Positions 25,155 to 35,689 of a stretch of DNA of 64,000 nucleotides are shown here, piece after piece. Position 1 is the first letter of the stretch. The number at the start of each line of letters is the position of its first letter. Location of the stretch: NCBI RefSeq assembly GCF_006345805.1, contig NC_043004.1:69316001-69380000 (forward strand), written 5' to 3'. Below the pieces are notes generated by a model. That model saw only the letters and a program-made list of their open reading frames with translations. It did no database searches and was not told the origin of the DNA. The position numbers were made by a program, and so were the translations under genes. This DNA is from Octopus sinensis. Lineage: Eukaryota.

Positions 25155-25368
25155 ATATGTTTGTGTGTCTGTGTTTGTCCCTCTAGCATTGCTTGACAAC
25201 CGATGCTGGTGTGTTTACGTCCCCGTCACTAAGCGGTTCGGCAAAAGAGACCGATAGAATAAGTACTGAGCTTACAAAGAATAAGTCCCAGGGTCGATTT
25301 GCTCGACTAAAAGCGGTGCTCCAGCATGGCCGCAGTCAAATGACTCGAACAAGTAAAAGAGTAAAGAG
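24953..25368 (+). mobile_element. SINE family A, full length
   Basis: GCAGGAGTGGCTGTGTGGTAAGTAGC head to AGTAAAAGAGTAAAGAG tail. Confidence 0.95.
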
Positions 25369-25855
25369 TAACACATTTTTTTCCTCACTGGAATTTCCCA
25401 ATTTCCACTTGAAGCCTGGAAATGTTTCCCTGGAAGCTGGGGCAGGTGAGTGGTTGTAGGAAGGACATTTCTCCCAGGTCAAGAGTTGTAGTCCGAATTA
25501 CACAAAGAATGGGGCAGTTATCACTGGAAGCACATTTTGTTTTAGATGTCCCTGCTTGATCAGGAACCATCTTGACGGTAGAATTAAACAACGGTTGAAC
25601 CATTTTGAGAATTCTATTTTACTTTTTTGGTCTGGAAACTCAATAGGATCCGTCAACTGGAAATGAACAGCTGGGAGATAGAAAATTTCAATATCTTTCC
25701 CATAGACAATATATAACTACTGCACTAATATTAATGACATTTATCATTATAGATTTTTCACCTGTTTCCAGAACCTTTATGAAAAAAAAGAAGGAATAAA
25801 ATGAGATGCGATCTGGTGAGGTTTTGCAATTAAAAATCAATCAATTAGCACTTAC

Positions 25856-25888
25856 CATTTAAATAAATGTAGGCATGAATTGATATAC
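25856..25888 (-). other. Candidate 33-nt micro-exon
   Basis: Long polypyrimidine acceptor TTTCTTCTTTTGTCCTGTTGAAATGTAG and donor ATG|GTAAGT; another strong acceptor at 25670 (TTTTCTATCTCCCAG). Confidence 0.3.
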
Positions 25889-26531
25889 CTACATTTCAAC
25901 AGGACAAAAGAAGAAATGCAAAGAGACAAACGATGAATAACACATGGATTGATATGGATACAAGCTCTATATTATGCATGTTGCCATGTTTATGAAATAA
26001 AGACAATTGCACAATGGGTGTCATTGCTCTTTTAAAGCACAAAGGGACAACAATCTGGTAATTAAAGCAGTTTAAGTAGTCACATTGACTTTATATATAC
26101 AGAATCTGGGAACTGAACGAAAACAGTGAACTAAACATTGAAGTGTGTAATGGTACAAGCTGGTATAAAGGGTAAAAGTCCCCTTTAGGGTTTTTACTCT
26201 TTTTACCAGCTTGAATGACCGTGGGATGCACCTAGATAGAAATCGGTGGCATGAAGAAGGGAGGCTGGTATGCATGGACAACTGCTGGTCTTCTATAAAC
26301 CACCTTGGCCAGACTTGTGCCTCGGAGGGGAACTTTCTAGGTGCAATGCCCTGGTTATTCATGACCGAAAGGGGTCTTTACCCCTTTACTTATTCCATTG
26401 GCCTTTGTCTTTCCTAAACTAAGCTCTGGGGATGTAAACAAACTCCCGTTGTCAAACTGTGTCACATAAAAACAAGATGAAGGACAAAATTCACACACAT
26501 ACAAAGATACACTGCCCCCCACCCCCACACA

Positions 26532-26571
<40 letters not shown>

Positions 26572-27024
26572 TACATAGATGACAGGCTTCAGCACAGTTT
26601 TAATCTAATAAATTCACTTGCACAGTATTGGTTGGTTCCAAGGGTTTAGACTAAACTACAGTGCTACAGATGATGAAATAGACTTCTGAACCACCCTGCT
26701 ACGTCTGGGCCTGTTTACATAATGCATTTATTCATTTCAGTTCCACTGTTTCATTTAAGCAAAGCACATTGGAAATGAGAGATTAATAGACTAAAACAAA
26801 AAAATTTAATTTCTTCTTCACCATCACCATCATCATCACCATCATATTGTCATAATAATTATCAAGTTTTCAGCATATTGTCGTTGTAACCATCATCATC
26901 ATCATCTTCATCATAAATTATACAGTTTCTAGACTGGTAAAAATGTATCAGGTTTGGTGTTAGAAGTTAATATATTAATGTTTTGTAAATTGCTTTATAA
27001 GCAAACAAAGTTAGGTGGAATATT

Positions 27025-27414
<390 letters not shown>

Positions 27415-27634
27415 AATTAATCAATTTAGGGTAGCAAAAAATTCAGTAAAAATTTATCGCTACCAGCGGCCTGATGGAAAAGAGAAAATAGTCAAAGACT
27501 AAATATGTATAAATAACAATTTAGGAATGGCCTAAACAGGCCATTCGTCCACCAGAAAGAGCAGCCAGAACTCCAACCGCAAGTAGTGTAATTCGGAAAT
27601 AAGGTGAAAATTTAAAAACATTTACCCTAATTCA

Positions 27635-27735
27635 TCTTTTATACGATGCATCGTTTCAGTGTCATTAATGATAGACCAGCTTAATTAAATTAAATTAAGC
27701 TAGTCTACCATAGGTCACACTTCATCAGTAAAAGA
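27635..27735 (-). ncRNA. Type I hammerhead ribozyme, minus-strand copy
   Basis: Reverse complement of 28001-28100; core intact. Confidence 0.85.
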
Positions 27736-28000
27736 AACCTGGGAGAGACGGATATACACGAGGCGACTGTATCAATGCCTCGGGTTTTCCATCAGGCCGC
27801 TGGTAGCGATAAATTTTTACTGAATTTTTTGCTACCCTAAATTGATTAATTGATAATTTTCTGACTAATTCTGAGATTGAATCGGCAGTTTATATTGCTG
27901 CCGATAAGTTTGGCGCGAATGCGTTGGTCTTGAAAATTTTAAGACAGATATTCCCGAGGCATTGATACAGTCGCCTCGTGTATATCCGTCTCTCCAGGTT

Positions 28001-28100
28001 TCTTTTACTGATGAAGTGTGACCTATGGTAGACTAGCTTAATTAATTTAATTAAGCTGGTCTATCATTAAAGACACTGAAACGATGCATCGTATAAAAGA
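28001..28100 (+). ncRNA. Type I hammerhead ribozyme with extended stem II
   Basis: Stem I UCUUUUA(28001-07)/UAAAAGA(28094-100); CUGAUGA 28008-14; stem II AGUGU/ACACU; GAAA 28078-81; palindromic stem III ACGAUGCAUCGU; GUA cleavage triplet 28091-93. Confidence 0.88.
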
Positions 28101-28230
28101 TGAATTAGGGTAAATGTTTTTAAATTTTCACCTTATTTCCGAATTACACTACTTGGCGGTTGGAGTTCTGGCTGCTCTTTCTGGTGGACGAATGGCCTGT
28201 TTAGGCCATTCCTAAATTGTTATATATATA

Positions 28231-28302
<72 letters not shown>

Positions 28303-28645
28303 TACATAATGGTAGGTAAACTGAGTATCACTGGGAAAGTATGTTTGTAAATCCTCATAATCAAATAGGCGTACATGGTATTATTACATACATACATATA
28401 CCTGTCTGTCTCTATGTATCTCTCTCTCTCTCTCTCTCAGACTTATGTTTGATCAATCACACCAAATTGCTGTTGACATTTTACCAATATTTTCTTTCTC
28501 CTTGTAAAATGCGATAATATTGAACTAGTCATGGAATTATTTATTCCTCATGTAGTTTACATGTTAACTTTTTCTGGCATCTAACCTCTTTTCGTAACCT
28601 TTTTCACATTTCATTATTATTGTTATTATTATTATTATTATTATT

Positions 28646-29068
28646 AAGGGGGTGAGTTGGCAGAATTGTTAGAGCATTGGAAAACAATGCTATGCAGTAT
28701 CTGTTTTGGCTCTTTTTATATTCTGAGTTCAAATCTCCTTCTGGGATTAACTTTCATTCTTTCAAGATCAATAGAACTAACTAACTCCCAATCCTCCTCT
28801 AAGAATATCTGACCCTGTGTTTAAATTAGAAATAGCAGTAAGTTAGCAGAATCATTTGCTGCAGAATTGTTAGCATCTTGGTTATGATTCTAAACAGCAT
28901 TATTATGCTTCTGCCTCTTTGTTATGAATTCACATCCCATTGATGTCAGCTTTGCCTTTCATCCTTCCATGTTTAGTAAAAATAAAGTACCTGTAAGATC
29001 TGGAGTCTATGTGAGTGACTTGCCCCCCACCCCCACCTACATTGCTAGCCTTGTGCAAAATTTGAAGC
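28646..29068 (+). mobile_element. Two tandem diverged family B SINEs after (TTA)n
   Basis: Heads ..GAGTTGGCAGAATTGTTAG at about 28650 and ..GCAGAATTGTTAGC at about 28860; tails ..CCTGTGTTTAAATTAGAA and ..GCCTTGTGCAAAATTTGAA. Confidence 0.7.
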
Positions 29069-31432
29069 TAGGAAGCGATGAAGAGTTGCACGAGAGGTAG
29101 ATCGCCGGGTTTGGATGGTCTGCCCTACGAGCTTTACTTTTCAATGCCAGACTTGTTTGCGGACCTGTTGGCAAACGTCTACTGCAACTGGCAGCAAAAC
29201 GGGAGAATTCCTGCTTTTGTCTGTCGAGTGGTGGTGGCTTTGCTAAAGAAGGACCCAAACAAGGGGGACGTTATAGGGAATTTCCGGCCCATCACTCTGC
29301 TCAATGCAGAGTTGAAGATTTTGGCCAAGGTGCTAGCCAAGAGATTGGTGCTTGTCGTGGACAAGCTGGTCGGCGGGACGCAGACATGCGCCGTGCCGAC
29401 CAGGTCGATACACGACAACCTCCATCTCATGCGCTACATCATAGAGAGGGTGGGTAACGACGCTGGCGCGGGTGGGGCTTTGATCAACTTGGATCAGAGT
29501 AAAGCCTTCGATAGGGTCGACCATCGGTACTTGGCAGCTGTCCTCAAGGCAGCCGGCTTCGGTCCAGTCTTCCGCGGGTGGATCGCTGCTTTATACAGCA
29601 ACATCTGCTCGGTGATACGGGTGAACGGTCACCTTTCGGAACCGTTCGACATCTCGCGTTCGGTCCGCCAAGGATGCCCTCTCTCCTCCCTCTTGTACAT
29701 TTTAACTCTCGAGCCATTACTGCGCAAGTTGGAGGCTTTGAGGGGCATCCCGCGCGATCTAGGAGGCGGAAACAGCGTGTCTGCTTATGCCGACGACGTC
29801 ACCGTGGTGGTGTCGAGCCACAGGCACATTGGCCTGATTGGCGAGATGCTAAACCAGTACGAAGCGGTGACAGGGGCAAAGATTAACGCGGAAAAGTCTG
29901 TGGGCTTGCAACTGGGCACCTGGAGAGGCAAGCCCATGCCGTCCAACAGCGTCGTAGGGCGCTGGACAGACGGACCCGTTAAACTGCTCGGGGTCTGGTT
30001 CGGTCCGGACCTCCAGGTGGATAAGAACTGGGAAGAGGTGACGAGCAGGGTGGCACGTCTCACCCAGAAATGGGCCGAGAGGAAGCTGTCCCTGAAAGGT
30101 CGAGCGGAGGTGGCGAATGCGTACATCGCATCCGTCATCTATTACCGCTTGACCGTCGTCCCTTGTCCCGACCGCTGGTTGGCCAAGCTGGTACGCCTGC
30201 TCTTCGACTTTTTGTGGAAGGGTCAGGTGCCACTGGTCAGGCGATCCATCTGCTGTCAACGACCGCTAAACGGAGGCCTTGGAATGCCGTGGTTGCTGTT
30301 GCGCAGACATGCGCTCAGGCTGCGGCATCTCAAGCGCTTCCTAGACGGTGAACAGGTGTGGTCGTCTTTTGTCAGACGCGATTTTCCGCAGCTCGTCTCT
30401 TTGACGGAGCTGCAGACCTGGATCAAACGTAGACCGAGAAAGGGCGCTTGGCACCTCGAGTGCCGTCAAGCCCTCTCCGCCCTCCACCAGGCGGGCAATG
30501 CGGTCGGTTACAGCTCCACTCTAGCGTTCTATAGAGGGTTAGTGGAGGAAAAATGCGACGACGTTCTCGGGGAAACTCTAGGCGTTGAAGACGACGAACT
30601 GAGCGGTCTGTTCGGGAGGACTTTCGGGCCGGGGCCGATGGATAATTTCCAGAGGTCTCTCGCCTGGCAGTGCTACCGAGGGGCTCTGCCTGTTCGAGAT
30701 AAACTCTACCAGCACGGAAGTGCCGTCAGCCGGGCCTGCCCGAGGTGTTGCCAGGACGACGAAACCGTTCTGCACGCACTCGTCCAGTGCCCGAGTATTG
30801 CTGAAATATGGGTTTATGTCGAACAGCTACTGTCGCGTGTAGGACGGATCCGACTATCGGCCGAATCCATAGTGAAGATTGCCCTGCCGACCTCCTTTAA
30901 CAAGGAGGGCGAGGCCGTTTTCTTGTGCCTTGTGGCTGTGGCGAAAGAAGTCGTGTGGTGGACTCGTTTGAAAGGGCTAAAGTCAGACACTTTCCTCTTT
31001 GGTCAAGGCCTCATCAACTTTTTCAAGTTTCACTTGAAAAGGAAGATGAGGTTAGAGAGGAAAGTGCTGTCCGATAGCAAGTTTTATGAAAGGTGGGTGA
31101 ATTGTGCGAGACTGGCCTGTATAAATGGACCAGTTCTCAGGTTTCGCCTGTGATTTCAAAGAAAAAGGTAATGTAAAAGGAGAAGAAAGGGGACTCTCTA
31201 CACCCCCTTTTTTGACCAGGCTCCTGTTGGCGTTTGTAGGGTTTTTTCCACCAGGAACCTTTCGAGACGTCTCCCCCTTTTGGGAGTTTTTCATTGTTGA
31301 ATTTTATAAGTTGTTATAAAGATTTTTACTCGATGTTTTTAAAAAAACGGCAAAACCCTTTGTAACCTTTTGTCCTGTCTTGTCCCTTTATGTAATCATG
31401 CGTGTCAGCCCTTGTGGCCAATAAAAAAGAAA
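29069..31432 (+). mobile_element. 5'-truncated non-LTR retrotransposon, L1/Tx1-like
   Basis: ORF2 3' part plus ~280-bp 3' UTR ending ...CCAATAAAAAAGAAA; GC- and CpG-rich relative to flanks; no TSD recognised. Confidence 0.92.
29078..31153 (+). CDS. Reverse transcriptase with C-terminal CCHC zinc finger (LINE ORF2 fragment lacking the endonuclease)
   Basis: 691-aa uninterrupted frame with SPGLDG, FRPITLLNAELKILAK, LDQSKAFDRVDH, VRQGCPLS, YADD, INAEKS, KLLG, and CPRC...ETVLHALVQC. The Met start is probably internal to the original ORF. Confidence 0.95.
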   Translation: MKSCTRGRSPGLDGLPYELYFSMPDLFADLLANVYCNWQQNGRIPAFVCRVVVALLKKDPNKGDVIGNFRPITLLNAELKILAKVLAKRLVLVVDKLVGGTQTCAVPTRSIHDNLHLMRYIIERVGNDAGAGGALINLDQSKAFDRVDHRYLAAVLKAAGFGPVFRGWIAALYSNICSVIRVNGHLSEPFDISRSVRQGCPLSSLLYILTLEPLLRKLEALRGIPRDLGGGNSVSAYADDVTVVVSSHRHIGLIGEMLNQYEAVTGAKINAEKSVGLQLGTWRGKPMPSNSVVGRWTDGPVKLLGVWFGPDLQVDKNWEEVTSRVARLTQKWAERKLSLKGRAEVANAYIASVIYYRLTVVPCPDRWLAKLVRLLFDFLWKGQVPLVRRSICCQRPLNGGLGMPWLLLRRHALRLRHLKRFLDGEQVWSSFVRRDFPQLVSLTELQTWIKRRPRKGAWHLECRQALSALHQAGNAVGYSSTLAFYRGLVEEKCDDVLGETLGVEDDELSGLFGRTFGPGPMDNFQRSLAWQCYRGALPVRDKLYQHGSAVSRACPRCCQDDETVLHALVQCPSIAEIWVYVEQLLSRVGRIRLSAESIVKIALPTSFNKEGEAVFLCLVAVAKEVVWWTRLKGLKSDTFLFGQGLINFFKFHLKRKMRLERKVLSDSKFYERWVNCARLACINGPVLRFRL

Positions 31433-31455
31433 AGAATTGATTATTATTATTATTA

Positions 31456-32149
31456 GTGATTGATTGAGCACAGCACACACCATCAAACTGACACTTGGGT
31501 ACAAATCTACAAAGCCCAATATACCCATCATGACTACCCATCTGACAAGGGTATACCAAGCACATATATGACAATCATATGTGATTGACATGGTGATCTC
31601 ATATCAAGATAAGCAGTGCTGGCCTTGTTGGTGGGGTCTAATTAGAATTTTCTTCTGATTGAGTAGCCCATCCCACTCAAAAGGTCTCAGAATAAGTGTT
31701 AAGGATGATGAATGAAGCACCCATATTTTCAAGGGCGACTTATTCAAACCCAAAAGAATTCCTCTATGGCTATGATGCTTCCCCACCACTCTGGTTTGCA
31801 CGTATTGTCAGCCACAAATGGACATGCTCAACTGGTTACGGTCAAGCGTCTAACAAACAAATATATGGCATTGGACCAAATATTTGCTGTAGGCCATCTT
31901 TTGTTTGGTAACCCTCACAAAACACATACCGTATTTTAACATGTGTAAGAAACGCTTATTTTTTTTTTTGTCAAAAATTATGTTTAAAAAATATGGGAGT
32001 TTCTTATACATGGATAGTATTATAATCCCTTACAAAACCTTTTTTCTGAATTTTAAGCCCCGCAAATTAGGGGGTTCCTTATACACATTAAAATAGGGTG
32101 CATATTACCACTTCCAATCAGTTAAGATCAGAAACCTTGAGAGCCACTG
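31456..32149 (-). mobile_element. Family E non-autonomous element with (AAT)n tail, interrupted by a MITE
   Basis: Colinear with 32413-32960; flanked by (TTA)n on both sides. Confidence 0.85.
31929..32098. mobile_element. pogo/Tigger-like MITE
   Basis: TIRs CCGTATTTTAACATGTGTAAG / CTTATACACATTAAAATAGGG; inserted at a TA of family E (TA left, TG right). Confidence 0.75.
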
Positions 32150-32186
32150 ATTTATTATTATTATTATTATTAGTTGTAGTAGTATT

Positions 32187-32411
32187 AAGACAGCGAGTTG
32201 GCAGAATTGTTAGCATGCTAAACAAAATGCTTAGCAGTATTTCATCCATTTTTATGTTCTGAGTTCAAATTCCACTAAGGCTTATTTTCCTTTTCATCCT
32301 TTCAGGATCAATAAAATAAGTGCCAGTTGAGCACTGAGGTAGATGTAATCACTTCGCGCCCATCCCTAAAATTTTAGGCCTTGTGCTTATAGTAGAAAGG
32401 ATTATTATTAT
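32187..32411 (+). mobile_element. SINE family B with (ATT)n tail
   Basis: Tail ...AAATTTTAGGCCTTGTGCTTATAGTAGAAAGGATTATTATT. Confidence 0.88.
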
Positions 32412-32412
32412 T

Positions 32413-32960
32413 GAGTGAGCGAGCAGAGCATGCCATCAAAGTGACACTGGGGTAAAATATACAAAGCGCAGTACACCCATCATGACTACCCGTCAGATAA
32501 GGGTACACCAGGCACATGCATCACAACCATATGTGCGCGATATGGTGATCTCATATCAAGATAAACAGTGCATGACCTTGCAGGTGGGGCCCAGTTAGAA
32601 TTTTCTTCTGATTGAGTAGCCCATCCCACTCAAAAGGTCCCTGAATAAGGATTGTTTAATGATGTTGAACGAACCGCCCATGTTTCCAAAGGTGAATTAT
32701 CCAAACCTCCAAGAATCCCTCTCAACACACGGCTATGATGCTCCCCCACTACCTCTGCTCGTGATCAGAGATGCACATATCGTCAGCCACTAAGGGACAT
32801 GCTCAACTGGTTACGGTCAAACAACTGACAAGCAAATCTGTGGTATTGAGCAGAATATTTGCTGTAGCCCATCTTTTATACCAAGACAAAACAATGTACA
32901 TGATAACACTTCCAATCAGTTAAGATCAGAAGCCATGAGAGCCACTGCCTGGTACTGCAT
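32413..32960 (-). mobile_element. Family E element, apparently full length (~550 bp)
   Basis: Repeated at 31456, 32988 (fragment), 48789-48968 and 63570-63933; minus strand ends CTCACTCAATAATAAT. Confidence 0.88.
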
Positions 32961-33397
32961 ATTATTATTATTATTATTATTATTATTGAGTGAGAGAGCA
33001 GTGCATGCCATCAAAGTGACACTGGAATAAAATCAAAGTGACCGGGTGGTGTGCTGTGTTCTTGAGCAAAACACTTCACCTCACATTGTTCTGCAATCAC
33101 TTCAACACCTGACATATGGTACACTGTGCACCTGTTCAGGCAACGTCAATTTGGAGGAGGGAGTGAGCTAATGCACTGTGCATACATTTGATCACTACAA
33201 GCACATCATTTGTGCAGGTCATTTGTAAAAAGCTGGACCCTCCTATGTCGTCTTCGACAGGGGAACCCATCATTATTATTATTTATTAACCCCTAAAGTG
33301 CTGGGATTTGCCCTTACATAGCATGGAGTGCTGAGCATAGTTTATGAAAATGAGACTACCATGCACACATAAAAAAACAAAAAAATAGTTAAAATAA

Positions 33398-33806
33398 GCA
33401 CAGGAGTGGCTGTGTGGTGAGTAGCTTGCTTACCAACCACATGGTTCTGGGTTCAGTCCCATTGCGTGGCACCTTGGGCAAGTGTCTTCTACTATAGCTT
33501 CAGGCCGACCAAAGCCTTGTGAGCGGATTTGGTAGACGGAAACTGAAAGAAGCCCGTCGTATATATGTATATATATATATGTATGTGCATGTATGTTTGT
33601 GTGTCTGTGTTTGTCCCCCTCCAACATCGCTTGACAACCGATGCTGGTGTGTTTATGTCCCTCTTACTTAGCAGTTCAGCAAAAGAGACCGATAGAATAA
33701 GTACTGGGCTTACAAAGAATAAGTCCCGGGGTCGAGTTGCTCGATTAAAGGCAGTGCTCCAGCATGGCCGCAGTCAAATGACTGAAACAAGTAAAAGAGT
33801 AAAGAG
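33398..33806 (+). mobile_element. SINE family A, full length
   Basis: Head and tail motifs as in the other copies. Confidence 0.95.
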
Positions 33807-34828
33807 TTAGTATATAACAGTGGCAAGTTTTACATCACTGAAAAGACATTAGTTGAACTATTAGTCCTTTTGTATTCTGGGGTGGAAGTATTGCAGCATT
33901 TGAGTGACATTGGAACCCAACAAACGCCTATAAATTAAATGTGTCTATCTGGGCCACAATTGTGGCCTGTCGACCTATGCCTGATGGCCACAATCGTGGC
34001 CTGTCATGCTTTATGTGTTAAATCTTCTATTGTGTCTCTAAGCAAATATCTAAAACATAATATTGTCAAGTTCAATAATTCTGCTTGAACTTTGCAAGAT
34101 TTTTTTTTTCTTTTAAATTTATTTTACCTTTTTTTTTAATCCTGGAAGCTGGTGAAATATTTATGGTTAAACGATTTTTTTTCTTTTTCTTTTTCTTTTT
34201 CATGATATAGTCTAAAAGCAGAAATAACAAAACTGTGATATTTTGGTTTTCAAAAAAATCAACAAGCCCTTGGCCCAAATGCCACTACATTTGACACAAA
34301 GGTGATATTTCAAGTTTTTTTCCTATCATCTCAGAAATTGGAAACTGAGAATAGCAGAAATGGAAAACAATAATCCATAAAATGAACAAAACCAAAACAA
34401 AACCATTTTTTTTTTTTGTATAGAAGAAAAAAAAATATGGTTGATTCAAGTTTTTTATTTAATTTTTTTTTTTAAAGACAATTTAAGAATTTAAGACATA
34501 TTTTTCTGTTGTCTTTTTAGCTGCAGGCTGAAATTTGGGCTGTTGTTTCTATTTTGATCAAAATGATATATATATAATCACAGTTTAATACACACACACA
34601 CACACACACAATGTGCGCGTGCACACACACATACACACTCATATGAAAAACTTTAGCATTTATACCATTTTGTCTTAAATTCTTTGAAGTACTTTTTTTG
34701 TTTTTTAACTCTATTATCGGTAATATGGTCTTATTTAGAATCAGTAGGTTCTCTGAAAAAGTAACAATTTGCTATTTTGTTGATAACACTATAAATTTTG
34801 AACAGTTTGCATGTGTGTCTCTCCTGTA

Positions 34829-35238
34829 CTCTTTTACCTGTTTCAGGCATGTGACTGTGTCCATGCTGGAGCACCGCCTTTAGTCAAGCAAATTGACGCC
34901 AGGACTTATTCTTTGTAAGCCTAGTACTTATTCTATCGGTCTCTTTTGCCGAACTGCTAAGTTACGGGGACGTAAACACACCAGCATCGGTTGTCAAGCG
35001 ATGCTGGGGGGGGGGGGAACAAACACAGACACATAAACTTGTATACACACATACATATATAAATATACATACATATATATGACGGGTTTCTTTCAGTTTC
35101 CGTCTACCAAATCCACTCACAAGACTTTGGTCGGCCCGAGGCTATACTAGAAAACACTTGCCCAAGGTGCCACACAGTGGGACTGAACAAGGAACCATGT
35201 GGTTGGTAAACAAGCTGCTTACCACACAGCCACTCCGT
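34829..35238 (-). mobile_element. SINE family A, full length
   Basis: Head and tail motifs in reverse complement. Confidence 0.93.
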
Positions 35239-35623
35239 ACATTGTGAGCTTGTTGGCTTAAAGCAACCAAAGGTACTTTCACATTTGGCAGATATGTAAG
35301 CCTGCAGGAGAGAAAAGGGATAATTTCGGAGGAGATTTAACTGGTGTGAACAGTGCAGAGTTTGGCCATAAAGCGGACAGCAATTAAGCAATCATTAAGG
35401 TTTTCTCCACAGGGATAGGCATGGCTGTGTGGTTAAGAATCTTGCTTTGCAACTGATTTTAGGTTCAGTCCCACTGTGTGGCACCTCAGGCACCTTCTAC
35501 TCTAGCCCCAGGCCAACCAATGACTTGTAAGTGAATTATGTTTCCACAGAAAATTGCATAATGGTGACACTCATTAACGAATATCATGTGATGTTAAAGC
35601 AAGGAAAAACTAACATGTACACA

Positions 35624-35661
<38 letters not shown>

Positions 35662-35689
35662 TACATATATACTTTTCTATTCTAGGCAC

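Larger units (their letters stand above)
27415..28223. mobile_element. Hammerhead-bearing element: two head-to-head, circularly permuted partial copies of a ~470-nt unit (retrozyme/Penelope-like)
   Basis: 27415-27481 is the reverse complement of 27785-27851; 27513-27784 is the reverse complement of 27953-28223 (about 4 differences); flanked by (TA)n. Confidence 0.85.
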
